Below are positions 1 to 8,523 of a stretch of 64,000 nucleotides of DNA, piece by piece (the stretch's first letter is position 1; each line of letters starts with the position of its first letter). The stretch is from IMG/VR virus record IMGVR_UViG_3300025671_008697; one strand, written 5' to 3'. The notes under the pieces were generated by a model, which saw only the letters and a program-made list of their open reading frames with translations, ran no database searches and was not told the origin of the DNA. The translations under genes were made by a program, and so were the position numbers. Source of the DNA: a virus (Duplodnaviria; Caudoviricetes).

Positions 1-558
1 ATCGACAATGAAGAGGCAAAATTACGTCGAGGTAATTTGCGTGTACGTCTACGTATGATGACCTTGTACAACATGGCCAGTGCCGTGCGAGGGTTTGTGG
101 CCAGTACAGACAACTATAGTGAACTGGCTGCAGGTTTTTGGACATTACACGGTGATGTAGGCGACGTTAGTCCTATTCAAAGTCTTAATAAGAGTTGGGA
201 GGTACCTAAACTAGCAGAGATCGCGGGCGTACCTCAAGAAACTGTGTTTGCTACACCTACAGACGGATTAGGTATCAGCAACGGTGATGAAGATCAATTT
301 GGATTTAGTTACTTAGAGTTTGATATTGTTTTACATCGTATTGGACAGACTACTATTACCTCTTCCAACCGACAGGAGATTTTAGAATCACTAGCAGTGC
401 CTGATGAGGACTTAGAAAAAGTAAATCGTATTTTAGATAGAATACAGTCAAGTGCATTTAAGCGAGCAAATCCATTTAACCTATTGCATCCCGCACAGCC
501 CACAAGGTTTCAACAACTAGAAACCATTGACACGGCTGTGTGGAATCCTGTAAAATAA
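1..558 (+). CDS. nadE: NH3-dependent NAD+ synthetase, 5'-truncated by window edge
   Basis: Frame is open from base 1 (IDNEEAKLRRGNLRVRLRM). GNLRVRLRM, STDNYSE, GFWTLHGDVGD, PTDGL and DEDQFGFSYLEFD match NadE motifs (GNxKARxRM, TxNxSE, GYxTxxGDG, PS/TAxL, DExxLGxxYxxLD). Confidence 0.85.
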   Translation: MDNEEAKLRRGNLRVRLRMMTLYNMASAVRGFVASTDNYSELAAGFWTLHGDVGDVSPIQSLNKSWEVPKLAEIAGVPQETVFATPTDGLGISNGDEDQFGFSYLEFDIVLHRIGQTTITSSNRQEILESLAVPDEDLEKVNRILDRIQSSAFKRANPFNLLHPAQPTRFQQLETIDTAVWNPVK

Positions 559-579
559 ATATTCTATCAACAATATTTT

Positions 580-1014
580 ATGATTTACGAAATACGAGAT
601 GAACAAGATCCCTACAGTTATCTATTAGCAGAAGATCCAGTAAGGGCACACATTCCATTAGCAGAACGTTTTGGAAAAAATCGCCATGTATTTGCCTTGA
701 CTGATGAAAATGTAGTAACTGCTATCGTATGTAGTAAGTTATGTCATGGTGTACCTGCCAGTGAACAGGAATTGTTAGCAGACAACGCAAACAATCCTAA
801 CACTATTGTGTTTTATACTATCTGGAGCTATAAATCCGGATCAGGACAACAATTAATAGCAGAAGGTCTTAAAATTGCCAAAGAAGCATTTACTAATGTA
901 GAGCGTTTTGTCACACTAAGTCCTCCGACGGAACTTGCACGCCGCTTTCATTTACGTAATGGTGCCACAGTGTTTAGAGTAAATCAAGATACTGTTAACT
1001 ACGAGTACAAATAA
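580..1014 (+). CDS. Small GNAT-fold protein resembling the catalytic domain of malonyl-CoA decarboxylase
   Basis: TIVFYTIWS...GQQLI...AKEAFTNVERFVTLSP resembles MCD motifs AIFYSIS...G.FLI...L..E.P.L..F.TLSP. Confidence 0.5.
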   Translation: MIYEIRDEQDPYSYLLAEDPVRAHIPLAERFGKNRHVFALTDENVVTAIVCSKLCHGVPASEQELLADNANNPNTIVFYTIWSYKSGSGQQLIAEGLKIAKEAFTNVERFVTLSPPTELARRFHLRNGATVFRVNQDTVNYEYK

Positions 1015-1016
1015 TT

Positions 1017-1757
1017 ATGGTACAAATAAAAAACTATTTGGTAGGGTGTGTTAGGCCAGTAGTAAACTATTGGGGTTATTGGCAGGGAACAGGTCCAAAC
1101 CCAAATTGGGAAAAAGACTATAAAAGTTATGCTGACATGTATAAAATTAGTCGCCAAAGCGCCAAAAAGTTTCTACAAAGCACTTGGAAAGAAGTAGCAT
1201 TAAAATCTCCGGTGCTTGATGCACGAATGAATCAAATTGCAACATACTATGCAATTAAAGAAATGTGGCATCAAGAACCATGCAACATATTGTTCATGGG
1301 TTCAGACACTATGTTTATTAAGCCAACTGAATTTTTTGGAAAATACCGAGAAATGCGTTTGTTTAATTATACTGATCCTAAATCACACCCAGAGCATACG
1401 CACTATCTAAATGATGATATTAGATACTATCCTGCTACTATGGACTCTAGTGTTTGGGAACTGGGCGAACAACTTATGGCCAAATGGTTTAGTCATAAAG
1501 AAAGCGATTGGAGTTGGGGGCAACTTCTTCACAATCATCAGATCTGGAGTCAAGGACTGACTCCTGAGCAAATGATAGATCCTACTATGGCTTTTCAGGT
1601 AGTAAGTTTAGATGAAAATCATTCAAATTCATTTAATGGGTGTACTTTAGCAGAAGCAAAAGTCTTACATTTTCACGGCAGTAGAAATGCAGGAGAGCGT
1701 AATGCAGTAATGTTGGACATTGCAAAACAAATGGACATTGACGTTGATTCAGAATAA
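1017..1757 (+). CDS. Putative GT-A fold glycosyltransferase
   Basis: NILFMGSDTMF (degenerate DxD after a beta strand), C-terminal KVLHFHG, located in a sugar cluster. Confidence 0.5.
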   Translation: MVQIKNYLVGCVRPVVNYWGYWQGTGPNPNWEKDYKSYADMYKISRQSAKKFLQSTWKEVALKSPVLDARMNQIATYYAIKEMWHQEPCNILFMGSDTMFIKPTEFFGKYREMRLFNYTDPKSHPEHTHYLNDDIRYYPATMDSSVWELGEQLMAKWFSHKESDWSWGQLLHNHQIWSQGLTPEQMIDPTMAFQVVSLDENHSNSFNGCTLAEAKVLHFHGSRNAGERNAVMLDIAKQMDIDVDSE

Positions 1758-2709
1758 AAGATTTTTAATTACAGGTGCAACGGGTTTTATTGGCAGTCAT
1801 TTAGTAGAATATTTTTCTCAGCACAATAATCAAATTGTCTGCGGTGTAAGGAAAGACACAAAAAATTCGTCACGCCTGAAGCACATTGAAAATTTAGAAT
1901 TTGTTGAGTATGGTCTTAAAGAACCTTGTAATCATCTAAGATCACAATTACTTAACATAGACTATATTTTGCACGTTGCCGCAAACCCTAGTTCAGAAGC
2001 CAGCCTACAAGATCCAATTGGCGCAATATTTGATAATGTGGTGGGTACGGGATATATTTTAGAACTAGCACGAGAATTAAATCTTAAACGATTTGTATAT
2101 TACAGTACAGCAGAAGTATTTGGTCCAGTCAGATTAGGCAATGACAGCAAAGAAGATGATCCTTACAACTCTAACAATCCATACGGAGCAACTAAAGCCG
2201 GAGGTGAAGAACTTGCGGTTGCTTACAGTTCAAGTTTTGGCATACCGACATCAGTAGTCCATCTCAATAACTCGTTTGGTGAAAGATGTCAAAGCACTCG
2301 TTTCCCAGTAACCACAATTAAAAAGATATTAAACAACGAAAAACTTGTAATTCATACAGGTGCAGATGGACATATTGGTGGCCGGCGCTGGTATTATGTT
2401 AAAGATGTAGCCGAACATACTGATTTTATTTTACAAAATCAAAAAAGCCATTGTGAAAAATGGAATAGTGCTGGTGCTGAATTCATTGATAATTTATCGT
2501 TTGCTAAGATGATTGCACAAAGTTTGAAAAAAGAGTTACGTTATGATCTTGTGCCAGTAGACAGACCAGGACATGATGCTTATAATCTAGTCAATCCCGA
2601 TAAACTTTATCGTGAAGGATATAAGAACACCAGTACCACACAGGAAAAAATAGACAACATGGTAAAATGGTATTTAAATAATACTCAATGGTTGGAAAAC
2701 GTTCAATGA
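1744..2709 (+). CDS. NAD-dependent epimerase/dehydratase (extended SDR)
   Basis: LITGATGFIG, STAEVFG, YGATK (YxxxK). TTG start at 1744 is preferred over 1720. Confidence 0.9.
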   Translation: MIQNKRFLITGATGFIGSHLVEYFSQHNNQIVCGVRKDTKNSSRLKHIENLEFVEYGLKEPCNHLRSQLLNIDYILHVAANPSSEASLQDPIGAIFDNVVGTGYILELARELNLKRFVYYSTAEVFGPVRLGNDSKEDDPYNSNNPYGATKAGGEELAVAYSSSFGIPTSVVHLNNSFGERCQSTRFPVTTIKKILNNEKLVIHTGADGHIGGRRWYYVKDVAEHTDFILQNQKSHCEKWNSAGAEFIDNLSFAKMIAQSLKKELRYDLVPVDRPGHDAYNLVNPDKLYREGYKNTSTTQEKIDNMVKWYLNNTQWLENVQ

Positions 2710-3647
2710 GTAAGAAGATTGTGTATGTTACAGGTTGCCTGGGATTTATTGGCTACCACGTAACTCGGGCCTGTTTAGAGCAAGGGTGGTATGTTAGAGG
2801 AGTTGACAAAGGCACTTATGCAGCCAATTGGAACTTATTACCAGAGTTACAAAAGTATAAAACTTTTACTTTTGAACATAAAGATATCAATGACATTGAC
2901 AGGATCTATGACAGTGACTATTTTATTAACACTGCTGCCGAAACACACGTAGACAACAGCATTGAAAGTTCAGACGAATTTGTACACAGTAACATCGATG
3001 GTGTTCATCATTTGCTCAAATTGATCAATCAAAAGAAACTGCAAAAACCGATATTTTTGCATTTTAGCACTGACGAAGTCTACGGTGATATAGAGCAGGG
3101 CAGTCATACAGAACAAGACTTGTTACGTCCTAGCAATCCTTACAGTGCCACCAAGGCCGCTGCCGACATGCTGGTGATGGCCTGGGGCAGAACCCATAAT
3201 TTGCCTTACATAATTGTACGCCCCACCAATAACTATGGCATAGGCCAGTATGTAGAGAAACTTATACCTAAAACTTGTAAATTTTTTACAATCGGCAAAC
3301 GAGTTGATCTACACAATAATGGGACTCCTGTTCGTACATGGTTACATGCTTCTGATACTGCTAGTGCAATTATTAAAATTATTGAATCTGGCGTAACTAA
3401 TGAAATTTATAATATTTCTGGTAATTTAGAATTACAAAACATTGAAGTGGTTAAAAAAGTTTCCAAAATAATGCACAACACCGACGATGTTTCCTCTTAT
3501 ATAGAAGATTCGGTTAGAAAAGGGCAAGATGTTAGGTACAGTATAGATGATTCCAAACTTAAAAAACTTGGATGGCGACCACAGGCAGAGTTTGACACGG
3601 AGTTGAAAAAAATAGTAAAATACTACAAGAACAATTTTATTTGGTAA
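2706..3647 (+). CDS. rmlB: dTDP-glucose 4,6-dehydratase-like (RmlB/RfbB family)
   Basis: TGCLGFIG, AAETHVDNS, STDEVYG, PSNPYSATKAA, NNYG, RKGQDVRY. Confidence 0.85.
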   Translation: MSKKIVYVTGCLGFIGYHVTRACLEQGWYVRGVDKGTYAANWNLLPELQKYKTFTFEHKDINDIDRIYDSDYFINTAAETHVDNSIESSDEFVHSNIDGVHHLLKLINQKKLQKPIFLHFSTDEVYGDIEQGSHTEQDLLRPSNPYSATKAAADMLVMAWGRTHNLPYIIVRPTNNYGIGQYVEKLIPKTCKFFTIGKRVDLHNNGTPVRTWLHASDTASAIIKIIESGVTNEIYNISGNLELQNIEVVKKVSKIMHNTDDVSSYIEDSVRKGQDVRYSIDDSKLKKLGWRPQAEFDTELKKIVKYYKNNFIW

Positions 3648-3648
3648 T

Positions 3649-4968
3649 ATGGAACACATTCTTAAACAGGTTCGCGAATACGTTGAACAAAAACAATCTA
3701 ATAAGTCCTGGACTGCAGGTAAAGACTTTGTAAACTATGCAGGCGCACACTATGATGCTGAAGAATACGTAGCAGGTGTAGAAAGTTTGCTTAACGGTTG
3801 GTTGGCAATGGGCACGGCAGGTATTGAGTTTGAACGACGGTTTCCTTCACAGTTCGGCAAAACACTGGGTATTGTGACCAACAGTGGATCCAGCAGTAAC
3901 TTGCTGATGATGGCTTCGCTTACCAGCAAACGTGGTTATAACTTGCCTAAAGGCACAAAAGTTTTGATGCCTATTGCAGGTTTTCCTACTACACTTAATC
4001 CTACCCTACAAGTAGGATTCTTACCTCAGTTTGTAGACATTGAATTAGACACATTAAACATTAATTTAGACCAAGTTGAACGTGCATTAGCCAATGATCC
4101 AGAAATACGTGTAATTACTTTTGCACACGTCTTGGGTAATCCTCCTAACATGGATCAGTTAATGGATCTTGTGCGTAAACACGATTTAATTTTGTTAGAA
4201 GACTGTTGCGATGCACTGGGCAGTACGTGGAACGGTCAACCTCTTGGCAGTTTTGGTTTAATGGCATCATGCAGTTTTTATCCTGCACACCATATGACCA
4301 TGGGTGAAGGTGGATTTGTTGCTACCAATGATCCACAACAAGAAGTTATATTACGCAGTTTCCGTGAATGGGGCCGCGGTTGTTACTGTGTTGGTCCAGA
4401 GGCAAACAAACTGAAATGTGGTACTTGCGGCAAACGATTTAGCGAATGGATTCCTGCCATGCCAGGAGAAATATTTGACCACAAGTATGTTTACGATGAG
4501 ATTGGTTATAACCTAAAACCCATCGAACTACAATGTGCCATGGGCTTGAAGCAGTTGGACAAATTGCCAGAAATACATCAACTACGCCGCCGCAACTACA
4601 AATTGTTACTAGACATTTACAAAAAGCACGAAGAATTTTTTATCTTACCTTATGCACAACCAGGCTCGGATCCATCATGGTTTGCTTTTCCCTTAACAAT
4701 AAGGCAGGGCGCACCATTTAGTCGTAGTGATATAGTAGACTATTTGGAAGAAAACCTTATACAGACACGCCCGTATTTTGCAGGCAATATTATGCTACAA
4801 CCTGCGTACAGCCATTTGATGGATCCGAATGTGGCCCGAAACTTAATGCCCAATGCTACACACGCCATGACTCATACTTACTTTCATGGCACCAGTCCTG
4901 TGATTACAGAACAGCAAATTCAGTACATTGGAGAAATTGTAGACGGCTTCTTAAGTTTGTTTAAGTAA
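3649..4968 (+). CDS. rfbH: NDP-4-keto-6-deoxyglucose 3-dehydrase (RfbH/DdhC/E1 type, PMP and Fe-S dependent)
   Basis: DegT-like fold (NSGSSSNL, EDCCDALG). SFYPAHHMTMGEGG carries His where aminotransferases carry Lys. Cys cluster GCYC...CGTC. Confidence 0.9.
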   Translation: MEHILKQVREYVEQKQSNKSWTAGKDFVNYAGAHYDAEEYVAGVESLLNGWLAMGTAGIEFERRFPSQFGKTLGIVTNSGSSSNLLMMASLTSKRGYNLPKGTKVLMPIAGFPTTLNPTLQVGFLPQFVDIELDTLNINLDQVERALANDPEIRVITFAHVLGNPPNMDQLMDLVRKHDLILLEDCCDALGSTWNGQPLGSFGLMASCSFYPAHHMTMGEGGFVATNDPQQEVILRSFREWGRGCYCVGPEANKLKCGTCGKRFSEWIPAMPGEIFDHKYVYDEIGYNLKPIELQCAMGLKQLDKLPEIHQLRRRNYKLLLDIYKKHEEFFILPYAQPGSDPSWFAFPLTIRQGAPFSRSDIVDYLEENLIQTRPYFAGNIMLQPAYSHLMDPNVARNLMPNATHAMTHTYFHGTSPVITEQQIQYIGEIVDGFLSLFK

Positions 4969-4988
4969 TAATATAGAAATGGTAACAG

Positions 4989-5648
4989 ATGATTAACAAC
5001 GCTATTGAAGTAAGAGAATATCAAGGAAACTCTTGGTACTGGCCCAAACAAGACGGTATTGATGAAAATTCTTGTTGGGACTATCTTACAAAACGATCAG
5101 AAGTTCCTGATAGAATAAGTGAACTAGTAAGCAATAGACAAGTGGTAGTACAAGCAGGTGGTAACTGCGGGTATTATGTTAAACCATATGCAAGAAACTT
5201 TCAAACAGTTTACACTTTCGAGCCAGACCCTACTAATTTTCTTTGTTTATGCATGAACGTTCCAGAGATTAACGTTATAAAAATGCAAGGGTGTTTAAGT
5301 AACAACCATGCACTATTAGGAATGGAAAATCATAAACTTGGACAAGATGTTGGAGCCGGACACGTAGTTCCGGGAGGAGTTTTCCCCTCATTTAGAATTG
5401 ACGATTTAGCACTAGAAGAATGCAATCTGATTCATTTAGATATTGAAGGCTTTGAGTTACAAGCATTGCGTGGTGCTGTCGACACTTTAGAAAAATTTAA
5501 GCCTGTGGTAGTTGTAGAAATTTTTGAAGACTGGGCTAATAGATACGATAGTAGTTTCATAAAATTAAAATCTTTTTTGTTCAGTTATAATTATGAACTA
5601 AAAACTCAAATTGATGGGGATTTAGTTTTTAAACATAAACAAGGATAA
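4989..5648 (+). CDS. FkbM-family SAM methyltransferase
   Basis: VQAGGNCG, VYTFEPDP, LIHLDIEGFE..AL.GA. Confidence 0.85.
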   Translation: MINNAIEVREYQGNSWYWPKQDGIDENSCWDYLTKRSEVPDRISELVSNRQVVVQAGGNCGYYVKPYARNFQTVYTFEPDPTNFLCLCMNVPEINVIKMQGCLSNNHALLGMENHKLGQDVGAGHVVPGGVFPSFRIDDLALEECNLIHLDIEGFELQALRGAVDTLEKFKPVVVVEIFEDWANRYDSSFIKLKSFLFSYNYELKTQIDGDLVFKHKQG

Positions 5649-5651
5649 ACA

Positions 5652-6659
5652 GTGAGAGTATGTGATTGGATCCCCCAATATCTGCGTTCACAAGGAGTAG
5701 AACGTGTTCATGGCTTAATGGGCGGCGGTGCAAGCGGACTCAATGATGGATTTATTAAAGCAGGAATGCCTTATATTTGCTACCATCATGAGCAAGGTGC
5801 TGGACATGCTGCCATTGGTGAAACAAAGTTTACTGGCAAAGTCAGTGTAGTAAATCCTACCACCGGTTGTGCTGGTACTAACTGCGCTACCAGCGTGCTT
5901 AATGCTTGGCAAGACAGTGTGCCTGTAATCTTTATCAGCGGCAACGTTAGACTTGATGCCTGTAGTGGATATATCAACGAGCAACGTGGTATACAATTAC
6001 GCAAGTATGGCGTACAAGAACACCACATTGTGGACACGTATGCTACAATGACTAAATGGAGCGTGTTTGTTACAGATGTACGAGATGTTGCTTATACACT
6101 AGAACGTGCAATGTGGTTAGCACAGGAAGGCAGACCTGGTCCTGTTTGGATTGACATCCCCAGCGATATACAGAACGCTCCAATGCCAGAAGATGTTAAA
6201 CATTTCGAACCTCCTGCTAGTGCCAAACTTCCTGTAGACTTCGAGTTTGTAAAAAAATCTATAGAAATGAGCGAACGTCCGCTTATACTTGCGGGCTACG
6301 GTATTAGACAGAGCCAAACAGTTGACTTGTTCAATGAATTTATTGAACGATATGAAATACCATTTGCCAGTACGTATGGTGCAAGGGATTATACTCCTGG
6401 CAACCACCATTACAGCATGGGCACAGTAGGCATTAAAGGCAGTCGTGCAGGTAACTTTGCAGTACAAAATTGTGATTTATTGTTAATATTAGGTTGCAGT
6501 CTTGGCAGTAGTGTAGTAGGATATGATCCTAAACAGTTCAGTCCCTATAGTTACAAGATTATGATAGACATAGACAACAACGAATTGAACAAGGATATTG
6601 TGTCAATCGATGCTAGATATCTTTGTGGACTAGAAAAGTTTTTTGGAGCAATGCTATGA
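5652..6659 (+). CDS. TPP-dependent enzyme (acetolactate synthase/YerE-like), Pyr + middle domains
   Basis: HHEQGAGHAA (catalytic Glu), TTGCAGTN, GRPGPVWIDIP, RPLILAG, CDLLLILG. GTG start. Confidence 0.88.
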   Translation: MRVCDWIPQYLRSQGVERVHGLMGGGASGLNDGFIKAGMPYICYHHEQGAGHAAIGETKFTGKVSVVNPTTGCAGTNCATSVLNAWQDSVPVIFISGNVRLDACSGYINEQRGIQLRKYGVQEHHIVDTYATMTKWSVFVTDVRDVAYTLERAMWLAQEGRPGPVWIDIPSDIQNAPMPEDVKHFEPPASAKLPVDFEFVKKSIEMSERPLILAGYGIRQSQTVDLFNEFIERYEIPFASTYGARDYTPGNHHYSMGTVGIKGSRAGNFAVQNCDLLLILGCSLGSSVVGYDPKQFSPYSYKIMIDIDNNELNKDIVSIDARYLCGLEKFFGAML

Positions 6660-7405
6660 CAAGAACAGAATGGTTAGCTAAATGCCTACACTGGAAAACT
6701 AAATGGCCTGTCATGCAGCCCGAATACCGTGCTGACAATGAAACTAACTCTTTAAACATTTATGCAGTTTTAGATTGGGTTAACAAGCATAGTGATTCAA
6801 AACAAGTACTAGTAGGTGATGCTGGTAGCATTAGTTACGCAGGACCTACCGCACTGGAAGCAAAACCGGGACAACGTTTGGTATTCAGTCCTGCACAAGC
6901 AGACATGGGCTGGGCAGTACCTGGTGCTATTGGTGTTGAACTAAACAATGGTGCAGGTAGAGGAACAATATGCATTACCGGCGATGGCAGTTTTATGAGT
7001 AACTTACAGGAACTGGCTGTAATTAGAGAACATAATCTCAATGTGCAGATTGTTATCCTAAACAACGGCGGCTACCTCAGTATCAAAAATACACAAAGCA
7101 AATACTATGAAGGTCGTGTATTTGGAACTAGTGCTGGAAAAGGTCTTTGGTTCCCCGACTTTGCTAAAATAGCAGACTCATTTGGTTTTGAATATTTTCA
7201 ATTAAAGAGCAAGGACGACTTAGATCGGTTTGCATTTAGAATGAGTAAGACTGGCGGTCCTATTATATGGGACTGTGTTTGCCATATGGATCAAGAAATA
7301 TTGCCTGCACAAGGATTAAAAGATGGACGTCAGGCAGGCCTACACGACTTGGTACCATTCCTACCAGAAGAAGAACTTAAGTCGGAATTACTTGTAGATT
7401 TGTAA
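6656..7405 (+). CDS. TPP-dependent enzyme, PP (cofactor-binding) domain as a separate gene
   Basis: MGWAVPGAIG and GDGSF...NNGG TPP motif. The ATG overlaps the upstream stop (ATGA at 6656-6659). Confidence 0.88.
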   Translation: MTRTEWLAKCLHWKTKWPVMQPEYRADNETNSLNIYAVLDWVNKHSDSKQVLVGDAGSISYAGPTALEAKPGQRLVFSPAQADMGWAVPGAIGVELNNGAGRGTICITGDGSFMSNLQELAVIREHNLNVQIVILNNGGYLSIKNTQSKYYEGRVFGTSAGKGLWFPDFAKIADSFGFEYFQLKSKDDLDRFAFRMSKTGGPIIWDCVCHMDQEILPAQGLKDGRQAGLHDLVPFLPEEELKSELLVDL

Positions 7406-7412
7406 ATACTGT

Positions 7413-7802
7413 ATGAGTTATACAGACCCTTTTGTAAAAGTCGCATACGACTTAATAATGGAAGGGGAAGAATTAGCAAATTGTGTACTGCCTAATTCAG
7501 TAGAAGAATATGTTGTGCTTATGTTTGCCAAAAACTTCCAGCGTACAGACATTGGTGTAAATCCAGTAGCAATACAGATGTTAACGGCTTGTCAGCATAA
7601 GGGCACAGACCAATACCAACCAATAGCCGACGAGTGTTTGTTAATCCACAGTTATCCATTAAATCGTAAACGTTGGCCCACAAAAACTTATTATATGGAA
7701 ATGGGTATGACTGCCTATGGTTTGGCTAATATCGAAATAATGGAGTCAAACTTTGAACCTGCCAGTCGTGTGCTACGCAGAGTGTTCAAAAATTTTGGTT
7801 AA
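7413..7802 (+). CDS. Hypothetical protein (leaderless candidate)
   Basis: 129-aa ORF. TAAATA at 7403-7408 lies 4 nt before the ATG. Confidence 0.7.
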   Translation: MSYTDPFVKVAYDLIMEGEELANCVLPNSVEEYVVLMFAKNFQRTDIGVNPVAIQMLTACQHKGTDQYQPIADECLLIHSYPLNRKRWPTKTYYMEMGMTAYGLANIEIMESNFEPASRVLRRVFKNFG

Positions 7803-7810
7803 ACTACAAT

Positions 7811-7839
7811 TTGACACATAATCTATAATATGCTATTAT
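7811..7839 (+). promoter_or_regulatory. sigma70-type promoter
   Basis: TTGACA(7811-7816)-N17-TATTAT(7834-7839), with TGn extension. Confidence 0.7.
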
Positions 7840-7870
7840 TACACACTCAACTATCCATTGAAGGTGTAAT

Positions 7871-8026
7871 ATGTTTGAATCTATCGAAATTCGCAAAGCC
7901 GCAAACGGTTTTATTCTTGTAGTTCATACTGAGGATGAAGACAAAGAATTTGTCTATGATACCAGCCGTAAAGCCATGCGAGTAATCAAACAGTATTTGG
8001 AAGCAGATCGCCAGGCTGAAGACTAA
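7871..8026 (+). CDS. Small hypothetical protein, 51 aa (absent from ORF track)
   Basis: MFESIEIRKAANGFILVVHTEDEDKEFVYDTSRKAMRVIKQYLEADRQAED. AAGGTG SD and a promoter lie upstream. Confidence 0.75.
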   Translation: MFESIEIRKAANGFILVVHTEDEDKEFVYDTSRKAMRVIKQYLEADRQAED

Positions 8027-8053
8027 TACTTTAGTACTAATACCTAAGTATTA
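8024..8053. promoter_or_regulatory. Two overlapping copies of the 16-bp palindromic operator TARTAC-N4-GTADTA/GTACTA
   Basis: TAATAC-TTTA-GTACTA (8024-8039) and the perfect palindrome TAATAC-CTAA-GTATTA (8038-8053). Confidence 0.65.
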
Positions 8054-8058
8054 CACCG

Positions 8059-8084
8059 GGTGTTGCTGAAAAACAACACCTTTT
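8059..8084. other. Inverted repeat (terminator or second operator)
   Basis: GGTGTTG-CTGAAAAA-CAACACC followed by TTTT. Confidence 0.5.
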
Positions 8085-8099
8085 CGGCGTGAAAAACGG

Positions 8100-8145
8100 T
8101 AGTACTAAGGTAGTACTTGCTCGAAATTCCCTATTTCGCTATAAT
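8100..8145 (+). promoter_or_regulatory. Early promoter module 1: operator + sigma70 promoter
   Basis: TAGTAC-TAAG-GTAGTA, C, TTGCTC(8117)-N17-TATAAT(8140). Confidence 0.85.
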
Positions 8146-8177
8146 TATGGCATAAGTTAACGAAACAGGAGCAGACA

Positions 8178-8447
8178 ATGACCCAAGTATATGACCAACT
8201 CACTGATAGACAAAAGCGTGAAGTTCGTATGTATGGCGTTACCGAAGCAGGTATGCGTGAAGCAGTAGAGTCCAGCATCACTTTTAAGCACTCTGGTCCT
8301 GCTATGATGGCGGCAAGTTTGATAAGCGATGCCCAAGAAATGGTTAATACTGAATACGGCGAAGTTGACTATATGCGAGCAGAAGATGCCCGCCAGGCGC
8401 TGAATCGTGCCAAGTGGATCTTGTTTGAATATGTTATGGAAAAGTAA
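8178..8447 (+). CDS. Hypothetical early protein
   Basis: 89-aa ORF with AGGAG SD, flanked by two promoter modules. Confidence 0.8.
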   Translation: MTQVYDQLTDRQKREVRMYGVTEAGMREAVESSITFKHSGPAMMAASLISDAQEMVNTEYGEVDYMRAEDARQALNRAKWILFEYVMEK

Positions 8448-8490
8448 TACTAAGGTAGTACTTGACGATAATTCGCCATTTTGCTATAAT
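8445..8490 (+). promoter_or_regulatory. Early promoter module 2: operator + sigma70 promoter
   Basis: TAATAC-TAAG-GTAGTA, C, TTGACG(8462)-N17-TATAAT(8485). Confidence 0.88.
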
Positions 8491-8523
8491 TATGGCATAA
8501 CGTAACAGAAGTAGGAGCTGACA

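Noticed and set aside
5652-7405. Pseudogene or programmed frameshift in the TPP enzyme
   Set aside because: Both halves are intact, the break is at a domain linker with ATGA coupling, and no slippery heptamer is evident. A sequencing error is not formally excluded.
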